Shown piece after piece: positions 1 to 10,643 of a DNA stretch of 64,000 nucleotides; position 1 is the first letter of the stretch; each line of letters opens with the position of its first letter. Position numbers and translations under genes: made by a program. The DNA is from a virus (lineage: Duplodnaviria > Heunggongvirae > Uroviricota > Caudoviricetes): IMG/VR virus record IMGVR_UViG_3300038451_000684. One strand, written 5' to 3'. The notes under the pieces are model-generated. The model was given only the letters and a program-made list of their open reading frames with translations, had not been told where the DNA came from and searched no databases.

Positions 1-1121
1 AACCTTCCAACACAATGAATCCTGTAGACGTTGCTCCAGTTACCGTTGCTGCCGTGGTTGTAAGGCTTGTCACCAAGCTCGACGCCAACCCATTCGTGGT
101 CAAAATCGCTGGAACATAACTGAACGCCGTTGGAAAAGTGTAACTGGCGGTGCCGAGCGCAGCATCACAATAAATCATCACTTTTTTGTAGCTCGCACCC
201 TGCTCCGGCTGACTGAAAATAACGGTTCCAGAGGTCGACGCGTTCACTGTGGTCTGTGCAGCGGTGTTGAAAATTCCCGGCGCGGTCACCGTACCCGTGA
301 AGGTAGGCGATGCCTTTGGCGCCAGTAGCGCCAGCGCCGTGCTCAAGCCGGAAATGTCAGCCACTGCCGGCTGAGAAAGCTGCGGAACGCCGCTGGTGTT
401 GATCGAATTGATCCACTCCGATGCAACTTGGACAATGGCTTCGACGCCGCCCAATGTGGTGGTCGTCGGAGTTGGCAGTTGCGCGGCCGCAACGATCCCG
501 GAAATGTCCGTGAAAGCCGGTTGGGTCTGCGTAAACAATCCTGTGGTCGCGTCGTAGCTTGCCAGCCACTTGTGAACAATCGCCGCCGTGGTCACGGGAA
601 CAATCGGAATCAATTCCGCCCAGAAATTTGTGCCGTCAAAGACCACGGAAGCGAAATATCCTTGCGTGATCGGCATCGATGCGGCAGCAAGGTTTCCGGC
701 ATAGGTAATTGTTCCGGTTGCCGGGGTTAGTGTTGCTGTTCCCGCGCCAAGGTTAAGGAACTCTGCATACCACGGCAGCGTAAAGCCCGAGGTTGTGAGC
801 GACACCGCCACCGCTGCGGCGTCATCGAGGATGATGTACTTGCCGTAATCCGCTTGCAGCGTGGCGTAGGCGATTATTCCCGTCTGGTCGTTCACATAGC
901 CGAGAACCGTCGAAGCAATGTTGGTAATCGTGGATGTGCTGGTCGAAGTGCTTGCTGTCGCCGTGGTCGTGCTGGTGGTTGTGGTGGCCGCCGTTTGCTG
1001 CGATTTCAGCGATGCAACCGCCTGTTGCACACTCGTCAGAATGTTGTCATGCGTGCGCAGCGCCTGCTCCACCTCTGGATCGCATTTCCCGGAGACGTTG
1101 GACGACGAATAATAACCCATG
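1..1121 (-). CDS. tail fibre protein, N-terminal ~373 aa (gene 3' end lies beyond window start)
   Basis: Open minus-strand frame runs from ATG at 1119-1121 (preceded by GGAGGAGGTG RBS) to window edge. T/S/G/A-rich beta-strand repeats with fibre-like motif [12 protein letters not shown]. Translated by eye. Confidence 0.45.
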
Positions 1122-1125
1122 CCAC

Positions 1126-4100
1126 TCATCCTTCACCTCCTCCGCCCGCAAAGGGAAGAGCAGTCTGATAGGGCCCCGTACTCCCCCACGGCTTCACCTT
1201 GACGGCAAAGCCTTCCAGATTGATCTGGAACGGATGTGTCGAGGAGAACTGGAACCACATCAACTTCCATTTGTTCGCCCCCGGCCCGTTAAGAAGATTC
1301 AACTTCGTCAACGCTCCCCCAGAGCTGGGAAGGGTAATTGTTGCTGGCCCATAACTTCCGTTGTCCACGTCTGCCGACAAACATTTCAAGGTAATTGCCG
1401 CGGAGGAAATATACTCCACCGTAATATCCCGCACGTGCATCCATCCCGTGCCGCCGATGGCTGGCGTAAGCACCAGCGAGGACAATGTTTCCGTACCCGC
1501 GCTGCTCATCAGGCGAACCGAGCCATCCGCGCATCCAGCCAGAATTCCTTGCGTATCGGAGCCTTCATCAGGAGCGTGAACGGTCGCCGGCCACTGGTAC
1601 ACATCCCAAATCCAGCCCATGGCGGCAATATCGAAGACCAGCGTCCGCGAAACACCGGTAGTGTCCACGTAGTCGTAATAGAGATAGCCGTTCTGAATGC
1701 TGAACTTCTGCAATTGCGGCTGGCTATCGTCTGGCGGATAAATTGTCACGTCATTCCGCACGACGGATGTTGGAACCGATCCTTCATGCGAAAAGATCGG
1801 GTAGAGGACTTCATCCGTAATCGACTGCGAAGACAATCCCCCAGACGAAACATGAATGCCGTCATCAACGCGGAAAAAGACGTTTCCTCCGCCTTCTACC
1901 GCCAGGCAGCGCGGAATGAACAGCCCTCGGTTGATGCTCGACTCTTGAAGCGTCCAGGCCGATCCGGTGGTGCCGGTTGCGGTTGCTTCTGAATTGGAGA
2001 AGTTGGGCGTAATGACCCATGCGCGTTTGATCGAGAACAGCACGCCGCGCCCGCTGGAGATTGCTCCATTGACCAGCGGCTCGCTCGGATCGGTTACGTC
2101 CAGTTGATTTGTGTCCGGGGCCGAATCCAGGTTCGATCCCTTGCACCAGTAGAGAGTTCCCGGCCGCAGAGAGTCGCCCACGGCAAAGGTGTAGTTGATG
2201 TTGTCCGTCGGACCCCACATATAGGCCAGAGGCTGCGCGGCCAGCGTCGGTTCCGTGATCTCATAGGCCAGATTATCCCCGTCCGGCACGTTGGAGATGG
2301 TAATCTGGTCCACAAATCCAGGCGGAACCACAACGCCCCTGTCCGTGAAGGTCACGGTGTCGCTTGTCGTCGTGCCGCCCGTCGTGCTGAAGGTTGGTGT
2401 GGAGCTTCCCGTGGTTCCCGCCGTGGTCACCAGTTGGTAGTGGCCATTGGAATCCTCAATAATCCAGTTCAGCGGATAGGCCGTCAACGCGGCAAAGGCG
2501 CTTGCCGTAGGCCGAGAGGTCAACGTGTATTCCAGCGAAGTGGGCGAGCCGATCAGAATCTTCGTGCCCGCCACCCAGAAGCTATTGAACCCCGTCGCCG
2601 TGCCGCCGATGGCCCCACCACTTATCCAGGTAATCACGCCGCCGGAAACCGAGCAAACGCCCTTCTGTGGAAGATCGACAGAGGGAAAGGGCTCAAAGTT
2701 ATCTGATTCAAGCAGCGTCGTTCCCAGTTGAGTGTCCGTCAGGGCATCTGTAACCGCTGTATTCGTTCCGGTCAGCGTTCCCAAGTCATCGTTCGGCCCG
2801 GTGCAGACATAGGTGAAATCCGTCACCGAAGAATCCACGCGATAATAATCGACCTTGTCCACCTGGGGGTCGTTGGACCACTCCGAGGTGATGGTGTTTG
2901 AGGTGACAGGAATGGCTTCGGCGGTCGATTCGGGCGACGGATTGGAAACTGCTCCCGTCGCGCTGCTCCGGTAGACGTAGCGGTACTGAACTTGCTGCCT
3001 GACATTGGCCGTGATCGGAGGAATAATAGTCGGACTGGCGCCCGGCGTGGGAGATGCCATCAAGAGCAGAATGCGGCCGGAGTGGTACCAATAGTCATAA
3101 TCCAGCTCGATTGGATAGGTTCCTGCGGCAGTGACTTTGATCACTACGGTTGTTTTTGCGTAAGTTCCGCTTTCACCGCTGTTGCTGAACGTGTATGGCT
3201 GGCGAGGAAGCAGCGCAATTCCAGACACAACAGTGATCGTCTGACCGTAATTCGAGATTACGGGAGTTGAATGATTTCCAGTGGCTGAAACCAACGTGAC
3301 GCCCTTGATCCCCCAGATCACATCGTCATGATTTGTAAGTACAAAGGTGTAATTGCCCGGTTCAGGAAAATAGATACTTCCTACCAGGCAGAAATTGAAA
3401 TTGGCATACTGCGTATTGTTGGTAATGGTTGTCGTGAGCGGAGAAGCGAAAACCGCATTGGTGCCGATGGCAGTGCTCTCCGAGTCCAGCGTTGTCCATT
3501 CCATTGCCAAGGACGAATCTCCGATGCCCGGCAAGCCAGGTATTCCAGCCGGTTGTACGGGGCTGGCGGAGGAACCAAACTTGGTGTCAAAGATGAAGGA
3601 ATTTCCCGTTGTGCTTCCCACCGCGTTGGATGTGGAGCGAGTTGAGCCTGATCCCCCGGAATCATCTGGATTTTTCCAGGTGTATTTGCCCACTGAGCCG
3701 GAATGCGGGGAATCATCCCAGTAATAAATGGTCAAATCGCCCAGCGTGGCTGTCACTGCGGGCAGCGCGTTGGTCGTCACCGTGGTCGTAATGTCAAAGC
3801 TGCCAGAATTGGGGGGGCTAGCTTGCGTAAATGTATTTCCCGTCGAGTTGATGCCAATTTGGAATGCCACAGCTCCCGAAGGAACAGTGATCGCCGTGCC
3901 CAGCGTTCCGCCCACATCCACGATATTCGCGACATAGAGCGGCGCCGCGCCTGCGTCAACCACGTTTCCCGATCCATCCGTGAAGGCCCCAATAATGATC
4001 GATGGAGTCGTACTCGGCGGAGAAACTCCGCCCGCGGGCTGCACGTAATATCCAGGATTGGTCGAGGCCAGCGTCGGCCCGGTTGTTGCGGGGCTTGTGA

Positions 4101-4839
4101 TCGTGCTGTTTCCGTTGATGGTGACCGTGCCCGCTGTAACAGAGGGAATGGCAATCGTCACCGTGGAGGCATTCAATACATTGACCGAGTACGGCGCTGT
4201 TCCATCGACAGGAGCTATGGTATTGGGGTAGCCTTCCGTTTCACCATAATTGAAGATCGAGTTGGTGCCCGATGGATAGTTGGTCCACGGAATTGCTGTC
4301 GCGTGAAGACTGCTTGTTTTGGTGACGCCGGATGCTTCCGTTGAAATGCTGGGCTCGGTCTGTGGCTCCTTGATGCCCATTTTGTAGATGCGGCCATCCG
4401 AGCGAACCTTGACCATGCCAAAACACGGGAAGGTCACCGCAGCCCCGCTATAAAGCGAGTTGGTCGCAATCTCCACGTTTTCCGAGGAGTCGCCGACATA
4501 GGCCCAGGGCTGGACGCTGGTATTGGGACGGAACGGCACAATGGAAACCGGATTTCCGCTCATCCCGGTGGCCACGGGGGTTGTTCCCGCGTAGAGCGAT
4601 GTGCTGGCCCCTGCGATCAAGGCGTAGCCGCTGGCCGGGCCGTTGGGCGTCGAATCATTCAACCGGTGGATGCTGTGCAGAGCGTTAGGAAGGGTTTCCA
4701 CCGCTGCCGTCAACAGATTACGGGTAGTGAAGCCGCCTTTAACGTAGGCGCGGACGTTCTGGGCCAGTGCCACCCTGCCGCTGGGGATGCGGTTGATGGG
4801 GTTGACGAGGTCCATCCCCTTGAAGTTGAGCTGTGCCAT
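1126..4839 (-). CDS. large tail fibre / host-specificity protein (1237 aa)
   Basis: Long ORF with T/S/G/N-rich low-complexity beta-strand repeats typical of phage fibres. Sits in structural module and is preceded by conserved 5'UTR element copy 1. Confidence 0.6.
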   Translation of the reverse strand: MAQLNFKGMDLVNPINRIPSGRVALAQNVRAYVKGGFTTRNLLTAAVETLPNALHSIHRLNDSTPNGPASGYALIAGASTSLYAGTTPVATGMSGNPVSIVPFRPNTSVQPWAYVGDSSENVEIATNSLYSGAAVTFPCFGMVKVRSDGRIYKMGIKEPQTEPSISTEASGVTKTSSLHATAIPWTNYPSGTNSIFNYGETEGYPNTIAPVDGTAPYSVNVLNASTVTIAIPSVTAGTVTINGNSTITSPATTGPTLASTNPGYYVQPAGGVSPPSTTPSIIIGAFTDGSGNVVDAGAAPLYVANIVDVGGTLGTAITVPSGAVAFQIGINSTGNTFTQASPPNSGSFDITTTVTTNALPAVTATLGDLTIYYWDDSPHSGSVGKYTWKNPDDSGGSGSTRSTSNAVGSTTGNSFIFDTKFGSSASPVQPAGIPGLPGIGDSSLAMEWTTLDSESTAIGTNAVFASPLTTTITNNTQYANFNFCLVGSIYFPEPGNYTFVLTNHDDVIWGIKGVTLVSATGNHSTPVISNYGQTITVVSGIALLPRQPYTFSNSGESGTYAKTTVVIKVTAAGTYPIELDYDYWYHSGRILLLMASPTPGASPTIIPPITANVRQQVQYRYVYRSSATGAVSNPSPESTAEAIPVTSNTITSEWSNDPQVDKVDYYRVDSSVTDFTYVCTGPNDDLGTLTGTNTAVTDALTDTQLGTTLLESDNFEPFPSVDLPQKGVCSVSGGVITWISGGAIGGTATGFNSFWVAGTKILIGSPTSLEYTLTSRPTASAFAALTAYPLNWIIEDSNGHYQLVTTAGTTGSSTPTFSTTGGTTTSDTVTFTDRGVVVPPGFVDQITISNVPDGDNLAYEITEPTLAAQPLAYMWGPTDNINYTFAVGDSLRPGTLYWCKGSNLDSAPDTNQLDVTDPSEPLVNGAISSGRGVLFSIKRAWVITPNFSNSEATATGTTGSAWTLQESSINRGLFIPRCLAVEGGGNVFFRVDDGIHVSSGGLSSQSITDEVLYPIFSHEGSVPTSVVRNDVTIYPPDDSQPQLQKFSIQNGYLYYDYVDTTGVSRTLVFDIAAMGWIWDVYQWPATVHAPDEGSDTQGILAGCADGSVRLMSSAGTETLSSLVLTPAIGGTGWMHVRDITVEYISSAAITLKCLSADVDNGSYGPATITLPSSGGALTKLNLLNGPGANKWKLMWFQFSSTHPFQINLEGFAVKVKPWGSTGPYQTALPFAGGGGEG

Positions 4840-4863
4840 CCATCCACCTTGGGCTTAAAAAAG

Positions 4864-4940
4864 GAAATGGCTCAAAACCATTTCGGTTTTGAGCCATTGC
4901 TTGTTCTCCGCAGGGAGGGGCATGTCGCTCGTCGATTCTG
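4864..4940 (-). promoter_or_regulatory. conserved late-gene 5'UTR hairpin element, copy 1 of 5
   Basis: Consensus, read on + strand, is AGAAATGGCyCAAgrCCATtTCyGGtyTTGAGCCATTGCTtrTTCyC..GGgGGGGCATGyyGCTCG. On the minus RNA a 13-15-bp hairpin is followed by a U tract (UUUUUU here), 20 nt upstream of the ATG of 1126..4839. Confidence 0.6.
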
Positions 4941-4962
4941 CTGTATTATACCGTTTTAGCTT

Positions 4963-6309
4963 TTACTTTGTTCCCTGAGACGATGCTTGGTTCCTCATCT
5001 GATTCGCGTTGTTGTAGCGTTCCTGGCTCCGATTCTGCGCTTGTCCGCGCTGCACCAGAATGTCGGAGAAAGATCCCGTGCTCATGAGCCGCGAATTCTC
5101 CGCCGCGCACGCTTGAATGGCTCTCGATTCCAGTTCCAATGCTTGCTGGAATTCCGCGCCTCCCTGCTTGAAGCAAGCCAGGCACTGCGCCAGATCGATC
5201 ACAATATCCCAGTTGCTGCGTGAAACCTGTACATAGTCGGCATCGAGCGTGGGCACGGGCGCATTGGCCAGCACCGTCACGCCAATGCCTGAGCCAACCG
5301 GGGCGGCCAGAAAATCAATGCCGCCAATTACGACGCAAGGTCCAAAGCTGGCAGGGGAAGAATCCCACTCCGGCATATAGCGGTCCATCGCTACAATGGA
5401 GGGCATATCACAGGCCATGCCGTTTACTTTTCCCAACATCGCCCAAGGCGTCTTCAGCAACAGGTTCAGACCGTCCTGATAACGCCGCAGACAATATGCC
5501 GCGCGCTGCCGGTCCGTGGCTTCCGTTTCACGGCCTAGCAAGTCGGCCAGCGCACCCCACTCCAGCACCCAGGCAAAATCGTTGGGGATGCCCAGCAAAG
5601 TCGCTGTGGGCGGATTGAAGGCCGCGCCGGATTGTAGAACAACCGCTTCATACGTTCCCGGCTGGTTCGGCGGCACATCCACGTCCCAGGCGAGCGGCGG
5701 CTCGCTGCTGAGCATAAAGGTTTGCGGCGGTTGCGCATTCTGCTGGTAGAGTGGAGCTTCGTAAAACTCCAGCGCCACCGTGTCATCGCGATAAAGCGTA
5801 TTGGGCGATCCGGTCGCGGGAATGTACCGGACGCGCTCCACGTCGATGACCGTGTCTGGCAGCAGAGTGCGCCGGGTGTTAGGTGTCAGCGCAATTCCAG
5901 TGAGCAGCGACTGGTTGCAGTTGGAGGCTTGCAGCATCTCGTCCCTGCGCCGCTGCAAGGCTTGCGTTAGATCGCTCATACTGAACTGCGTTGTTCCGGT
6001 CCAGGTTCCGCCTGTAGGCGGCTCCAGCAGCATGTACTCCATATTGGTGTAGGAATCGATGTCGGTCAGCGTGCGCAGCCGCGGCGAGCCGGTCAAAAGA
6101 CCGAGGGAATTCCAGAGCGACGATGAGTTGAAAGTGAAATCCTGCTTCCAGGTAAAGGTCAGCGCATTGAACATGCGCAGGGCTTTTTGGATATAGAGGC
6201 CGCACTCCGCGTCCGTCCAGAAGGTGGTTGACAAGGAACTGTCAATCGCCAACCGGCCGGCGAGCTGCTGCCGTGCTGTCGCATACGTGAGCCAACTGTA
6301 AGACGCCAT
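4963..6309 (-). CDS. hypothetical virion structural protein (448 aa)
   Basis: Long ORF in the structural operon with a good coding frame. No recognisable motif. Confidence 0.55.
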   Translation of the reverse strand: MASYSWLTYATARQQLAGRLAIDSSLSTTFWTDAECGLYIQKALRMFNALTFTWKQDFTFNSSSLWNSLGLLTGSPRLRTLTDIDSYTNMEYMLLEPPTGGTWTGTTQFSMSDLTQALQRRRDEMLQASNCNQSLLTGIALTPNTRRTLLPDTVIDVERVRYIPATGSPNTLYRDDTVALEFYEAPLYQQNAQPPQTFMLSSEPPLAWDVDVPPNQPGTYEAVVLQSGAAFNPPTATLLGIPNDFAWVLEWGALADLLGRETEATDRQRAAYCLRRYQDGLNLLLKTPWAMLGKVNGMACDMPSIVAMDRYMPEWDSSPASFGPCVVIGGIDFLAAPVGSGIGVTVLANAPVPTLDADYVQVSRSNWDIVIDLAQCLACFKQGGAEFQQALELESRAIQACAAENSRLMSTGSFSDILVQRGQAQNRSQERYNNANQMRNQASSQGTK

Positions 6310-6317
6310 CTGTTTTC

Positions 6318-6412
6318 CTTCGGAAAACAGGGGTTAGGGATCAGGGGGTAGGGATTAGTTCATAGATAGGTTGTATCTATAAAAAACTAACCCCTAATCC
6401 CTAGCCCCTGAC
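6318..6412. repeat. ~95-bp imperfect palindrome built from telomere-like TTAGGG(G)/CCCTAA units
   Basis: Left arm is acaggggttagggatcagggggtagggattagtt and right arm is aactaacccctaatccctagcccctgacccctgt, around an inner atagata/tatctat palindrome. The core is shared with the 53876..53950 element. Confidence 0.7.
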
Positions 6413-6419
6413 CCCTGTC

Positions 6420-6704
6420 TCACCCCCTCTTGCTGGTTGCGATCTTGCTCTTACCCTTTTTGCCTTTGCCCTTTTTGCCCTTGCCCTTCGGGCCGCAACT
6501 TGCAAGGTGCATGGAGGCAATCCGTAGCGCCGAGGCGTGATCTGGAGCGACAAAGGTTTTGCTCATGTAGCCCTTGTCAGGACCGCCGTCGCTGCTGGTA
6601 TGAATAACGAAGCCATTCTCCGCGCTATCGATCGAGGTTGTAATCCGGCCTGAACCGCCGCTTGTGCTCGGGGCTTCCTGCTGCGCTTTTTTCTTCGCCA
6701 TCAC
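6420..6704 (-). CDS. small lysine-rich basic protein (histone-H1-like tail KGKGKKGKGKKGK)
   Basis: 94-aa ORF, first of four tandem K/R-rich small ORFs. Confidence 0.5.
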   Translation of the reverse strand: MMAKKKAQQEAPSTSGGSGRITTSIDSAENGFVIHTSSDGGPDKGYMSKTFVAPDHASALRIASMHLASCGPKGKGKKGKGKKGKSKIATSKRG

Positions 6705-6986
6705 TTACCTCTTTCCCGTGGCCCGCTTGCGGCCACCCTTTTTCTTCGCTGTGGCCTTTTTCTGTCCGCTGGCGGCGGTGCCGGCCAACTTGCCCTTAGC
6801 CTTGCGCTTTGTTTTGTCTTTTTCTGCTGCCTCGCGAAAACTCTCGTTGGCCTTCCTCACCATCTCGTCATGCCATGAAGTGTCAACTTTGCGATGAGGC
6901 GTGGGGATGGCCATCAGGGTGTTCTCGAACGTATCTGCAACCCGATGCGCCGAATCGACAAGTCCACTTACTGCATCCCTGGACAT
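6705..6986 (-). CDS. small lysine-rich basic protein (C-term KKKGGRKRATGKR)
   Basis: 93-aa ORF. Its C-terminal KKKGGRKRAxxKR is shared with the next paralogue. Confidence 0.5.
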   Translation of the reverse strand: MSRDAVSGLVDSAHRVADTFENTLMAIPTPHRKVDTSWHDEMVRKANESFREAAEKDKTKRKAKGKLAGTAASGQKKATAKKKGGRKRATGKR

Positions 6987-6989
6987 TTC

Positions 6990-7265
6990 TCACCTCTTCG
7001 ATACTGCCCGCTTGCGACCGCCTTTTTTCTTTGCGGCGGCTTTCTTCAAATTTCCATGCTTGGCCTTGCCTTGAAAACGCAATGCCAGCCGACCACGCGC
7101 GGCGATCTTCTTGCTTGGCGATTTTGCTTCCGCCTTCGCCTCTGCCGTCACGGAGCGACGATGTTTCTTGGCCGCGTTTTTCACTGCGCCGGGGTGCGAC
7201 ACGGCTTTCTGAATCCACTTTCCGCCCGTGGATTCCCGGTTCGATGAATCAATTTCGTTTGCCAT
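6990..7265 (-). CDS. small lysine-rich basic protein (C-term KKKGGRKRAVSKR)
   Basis: 91-aa ORF, paralogue of 6705..6986. Confidence 0.5.
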   Translation of the reverse strand: MANEIDSSNRESTGGKWIQKAVSHPGAVKNAAKKHRRSVTAEAKAEAKSPSKKIAARGRLALRFQGKAKHGNLKKAAAKKKGGRKRAVSKR

Positions 7266-7287
7266 AAATCTCTCCTGCTTACTGCGC

Positions 7288-7482
7288 TCATTGCTTCGTA
7301 ATCAGCTTTTTCCGGTGCGTGCTCTTTCCTTTTTTGCCCTTGCGCGGCCCGATCCGGCCTTCTTTTCGCAGATAACTCAAAAGGATTGCCTTTGCCTGCT
7401 TCTTGTTGCGCACAATTTTTCCGCCCCGGCCGGAATGGAGTTTGTGCTTACGGAAGTCTTCCATTACTTCGGATGCCGGCAT
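7288..7482 (-). CDS. small basic protein (64 aa)
   Basis: ATG at 7480-7482 with GGAGGAGG RBS. K/R-rich. Lies directly downstream of element copy 2. Confidence 0.5.
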   Translation of the reverse strand: MPASEVMEDFRKHKLHSGRGGKIVRNKKQAKAILLSYLRKEGRIGPRKGKKGKSTHRKKLITKQ

Positions 7483-7508
7483 CGCCCCTCCTCCATGGCT
7501 CAGAAACA

Positions 7509-7582
7509 GAAATGGCTCAAGCCATTTCCGGCTTGAGCCATTGCTTGTTCGCCGCAGGGCGGAGCATGCTGCTCGACGAGAT
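7509..7582 (-). promoter_or_regulatory. conserved late-gene 5'UTR hairpin element, copy 2
   Basis: AAATGGCTCAAGCC/GGCTTGAGCCATT hairpin plus conserved flank, 27 nt upstream of the ATG of 7288..7482. Confidence 0.6.
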
Positions 7583-7710
7583 ATTTCAGCTTACAGTTTA
7601 CCGCAAAACTCACCGCACGCATGTTGCGCGGCTGGTCAGGATTCCCACCTGACGGGGGGCATGGTCGATAGGATCACCCCGCGTTGCTCAGGGCACAGCC
7701 GCGCAAGCTC

Positions 7711-8256
7711 TTACAGCTTCGCCTTCGTCAGGCCAAGGCCGGTCGCAAGATCGTTCCACTGCGACTTATACGCGCCCACCTTCGACTGCATGAAGTGCGG
7801 ATCTTTCAGCGGCACTACACCGCGATGTTGGTTAGCCTGAACCAGTGCCTTCACCTTGACCTTGGTCGCGCTGGTCTTGACGAACGTGGTCAAGATTACC
7901 TCGATGGCCGAAACCAGCAAGTCGATCAGCGTCGAATATGCTGACGTGACCGGAATGACCGCCAGAACCGCTTCCAGGGTGTCCAGAGCGCTCACGACGA
8001 TTGTTACAGCGGTAGACCCATTCCAGGACGATTCGGTGTTCTCCAGCGCGGTAATGGCGTCGCTGAGCGTGATGTACCAGCTATCGGTCGAGGAACCCAA
8101 CGCCAGGATTTTTTCGGCCGATTCCAGTACCGTATTCAAATAGCTCTTCAAGGTCGATGTGCTGATCGTGCAGCCTTCCATCGAGAGCAGCGCCGGAGCC
8201 GCCACCAGCGCGGCGCCGCCAAGTCCCGAAGTCTTCAAAAAGTTTCTGCGATTCAT
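7711..8256 (-). CDS. secreted protein with twin-arginine (Tat) signal peptide
   Basis: N-terminus MNRRNFLKTSGLGGAALVAAPALL matches the RRxFLK Tat motif. 181 aa. Confidence 0.5.
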   Translation of the reverse strand: MNRRNFLKTSGLGGAALVAAPALLSMEGCTISTSTLKSYLNTVLESAEKILALGSSTDSWYITLSDAITALENTESSWNGSTAVTIVVSALDTLEAVLAVIPVTSAYSTLIDLLVSAIEVILTTFVKTSATKVKVKALVQANQHRGVVPLKDPHFMQSKVGAYKSQWNDLATGLGLTKAKL

Positions 8257-8459
8257 AGTGTCCTTTCGTGTTGCGGTTCCGGAGCGCCCTGCGGAAATGG
8301 TGGTGGACCGGGTTGAGGTTGAGAATCCGGTGGGGGAAAAGGCGGAGGAAACGGTTGCGGACCAGGGCCGGGAGCGGGTGGAAGTGGTGGCTCCGGACCA
8401 GCGTTTACAATATCCCCCGCATCTTCAAGCACATGTCCAATCTTGCTGAAAATACTCAT
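8253..8459 (-). CDS. proline-rich small protein (68 aa)
   Basis: ORF with a PPxP-rich tail. Weak call. Confidence 0.3.
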   Translation of the reverse strand: MSIFSKIGHVLEDAGDIVNAGPEPPLPPAPGPGPQPFPPPFPPPDSQPQPGPPPFPQGAPEPQHERTL

Positions 8460-8473
8460 GTGTTAGCTCCTTA

Positions 8474-8938
8474 TCAGTTGACTTGCGTAAAGACCGCCAG
8501 GGAAATCAAAAGACTATCCTCTGGTGTAAACCAGTTGACGACTCTGGGATCAAGCGGGTGAAGCAGCCCGAAAGCCGCCAAGCCCTCCACCCACAATTTG
8601 CTGCAAATCCACTTGTTTGGATCATCCCAATTCCGGTCCAGCGCAATAGCGGCGATATTCAGAAAGTCATACTGCTTGCCGATTTGCGCATGGAGCCACT
8701 TCATGCCGTTATTCAACTGCTCTTCGGAGACTTCCGCCTGAAAGCGCCACTCCGCCTGAAATTTGGCGTAGTTGATCGGCCGTATCTGCACTCCGCCCAT
8801 GGCTCGCGCTCCGATGGTCTGCGTCCAGTCGTCAACGCAGAATTCGACATGCGTGGCCTGTCCCCGGCTGACAAATTTGATGGCTTCGCCGATCGGGTCG
8901 TTATCCGCCACCACGCGCCATTGAACGAAATAGCTCAT
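8474..8938 (-). CDS. hypothetical protein; possible permuted papain-fold (NlpC/P60-like) hydrolase
   Basis: 154 aa. Conserved His (ATHVEFC) precedes Cys (WICSKLW), the order seen in permuted NlpC/P60 enzymes. Assignment is tentative. Confidence 0.4.
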   Translation of the reverse strand: MSYFVQWRVVADNDPIGEAIKFVSRGQATHVEFCVDDWTQTIGARAMGGVQIRPINYAKFQAEWRFQAEVSEEQLNNGMKWLHAQIGKQYDFLNIAAIALDRNWDDPNKWICSKLWVEGLAAFGLLHPLDPRVVNWFTPEDSLLISLAVFTQVN

Positions 8939-9690
8939 TGGATTGCCGCCAAGTCCGTCTGCAATTGTTCGCTGTCAAATCCATCCGGTGATTTAAAGTC
9001 TGGAACGATGACGGCGTATAGCTCGTCCGGGTACAGCGCCAACGCTTTCCAGGTGATGCGGTAGGTTTGCTCCCACGTCAAGAATTCCAGGTAGTCAGGC
9101 GTGTATCTGGCCTTGCCATAGATCATGTGCCCGCCCCAGCTCCACGGAGCCCACGAGCCGGTCGTCAGCCCCTGCGGCGACACATCCCACGTCGTTTCTC
9201 CCTGCCAGGCCGTCGGCAACGCTACGCCAATATACAGGCCGCCAAAGTACCGCGCACTTAGCTTGATCTCGTCCGGCTTGCCAAGATTCAGCGCCAGATA
9301 GGCAACCGGCGCGTGACCAAAAGCCCCCGACTTCTGCAGGTATTTGAGCGTGGTCAGGCCGTCGCTGCCGTTGTCCGTGCTGGAGTCCCCCGGCTTGTAT
9401 CCGTCGCACTCTTCATACATCTGCAATACCTGAGCATCTGTGTAATCGAAGGGCTTTCCTGCTGCGGTCGAGAGGCTGTAGACCATGCCGGCATAGGCCG
9501 CCTTGGTGCAGTCCCCCAAAGTGTCATTGTCATAGTAGCTGGGCGTGGTGTCAGGAATGCCGAGCAGACCATAGGCTTCCGGCGCCGGGGCTAGAGCTTG
9601 CGTATAGGTTGCCAGCTTCAGATTGCGCTTGTCGTGCCGGGCGTGCTGTTTTAGAACGGGAACCGACTTGTGAAATTGCAGCAGATTCAT
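8935..9690 (-). CDS. hypothetical protein (251 aa)
   Basis: Good frame. Overlaps neighbours by 4 nt, consistent with an operon. Confidence 0.5.
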   Translation of the reverse strand: MNLLQFHKSVPVLKQHARHDKRNLKLATYTQALAPAPEAYGLLGIPDTTPSYYDNDTLGDCTKAAYAGMVYSLSTAAGKPFDYTDAQVLQMYEECDGYKPGDSSTDNGSDGLTTLKYLQKSGAFGHAPVAYLALNLGKPDEIKLSARYFGGLYIGVALPTAWQGETTWDVSPQGLTTGSWAPWSWGGHMIYGKARYTPDYLEFLTWEQTYRITWKALALYPDELYAVIVPDFKSPDGFDSEQLQTDLAAIQ

Positions 9691-9911
9691 TCCTTTCCTG
9701 CTTTCTCCGGTACTTCTTCGATTCTGTACTGGTGGCGTTTGCCGTCGCCCATCACGGCCATCATGTCTGAAAACGCATTTTCCAGAGTGCTCCAGCTACT
9801 GCTCTCGGCAAAGATTTCATACTTGTCATCGATCTCCACCGCCACCTGGAACTGTTTCTCCGAAATGGTCCAAACAAACCGTTTTGCCGGTCGCCCGTTC
9901 AGATTCATCAT
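9687..9911 (-). CDS. hypothetical protein (74 aa)
   Basis: Small ORF overlapping the upstream gene stop by 4 nt. Confidence 0.35.
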   Translation of the reverse strand: MMNLNGRPAKRFVWTISEKQFQVAVEIDDKYEIFAESSSWSTLENAFSDMMAVMGDGKRHQYRIEEVPEKAGKE

Positions 9912-10025
9912 TTCTGTTTCTTTCTGCTATCGCTCCAAACCATTGCCACCAAGGTAAAAAAGGTTCCAACGGTTAGGACAACATAGCCACCAAGTACAAC
10001 TTTATCGAGCATGTTCATACAACCC

Positions 10026-10292
10026 TCATTTGTTCAAGCCAAGCGTGGCTGTGCCGTCCACGGGCAGCTTCTCTTGGATGGTTGAGTGCGAATACTTGGC
10101 GACAACGCCCGCCAGTAGAATGATGTTTGACGCCGCGACTGGATGCGCTTGAAGGATTGACACAATGAAGCTTTGCGCCTGCTGATCGGTGGTAATCAAC
10201 ACCGCCAGCGCTACCGCGCCCGCGAGTACCGTGTGCGAAGTAATGTTTTTGCTTTTGAACCACGTAATGATGCTGTTCATAAATCCCCTCAT
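10026..10292 (-). CDS. two-TM membrane protein, holin-like
   Basis: 88 aa with two hydrophobic helices (VLAGAVALAVLI and IILLAGVVA). Confidence 0.4.
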   Translation of the reverse strand: MRGFMNSIITWFKSKNITSHTVLAGAVALAVLITTDQQAQSFIVSILQAHPVAASNIILLAGVVAKYSHSTIQEKLPVDGTATLGLNK

Positions 10293-10623
10293 TGGGCCGC
10301 GGTTTGCGGCATTCTGGTAGCTGCATCATAAGGTACTGGTGGCTGCGACACAACGGTCTTTTGCTGAGTTTGCGCACTTGGATGATTGTGGTAATAATCC
10401 TCAATGACGAGCTTCGCGGCAGGAACAATTTGATCGAGCGCCCAACTGGTAAAAGCCAGGAAGATTGCGAACAATCCCCCGGAGATCCAGATTGCGGCTT
10501 TCTCAAATCCCATGTGCCGTTCCATCCGGCGCTGAAAAGCGCGAAAGTTGCTGACTCCCTCCTCTACCGGCTTCAACCGCGTCTTCAGTTTTCCCAGTTC
10601 CACCGCCACGTCTTCGTTCGTCA
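10289..10623 (-). CDS. single-TM membrane protein (start at internal ATG 10621-10623)
   Basis: Reads MTNEDVAVELGKL... with TM helix AAIWISGGLFAIFLAFTSWAL. The upstream part of the track ORF overlaps the 10644..14342 gene. Confidence 0.4.
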
Positions 10624-10643
10624 TGCTTGGCCCTTTCTTGCTT

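Noticed and set aside
934-4344. Long + strand ORFs (934..1992, 2104..2706, 3703..4344) antisense to the tail-fibre gene
   Set aside because: They lie entirely inside a 1237-aa minus-strand gene that has clear fibre-like composition and an RBS. The high GC content suppresses stop codons on the opposite strand.
6318-6412. Protelomerase (telRL-like) target, suggested by the telomere-like palindromes
   Set aside because: No protelomerase or large tyrosine-recombinase gene is present in the window and the palindromes are imperfect. The idea is noted only as a possibility.
7386-7840. + strand ORFs 7386..7652 and 7403..7840 over element copy 2
   Set aside because: They overlap the conserved non-coding element and the minus-strand small basic gene. 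They have no RBS and their reading is not conserved in other copies of the element.
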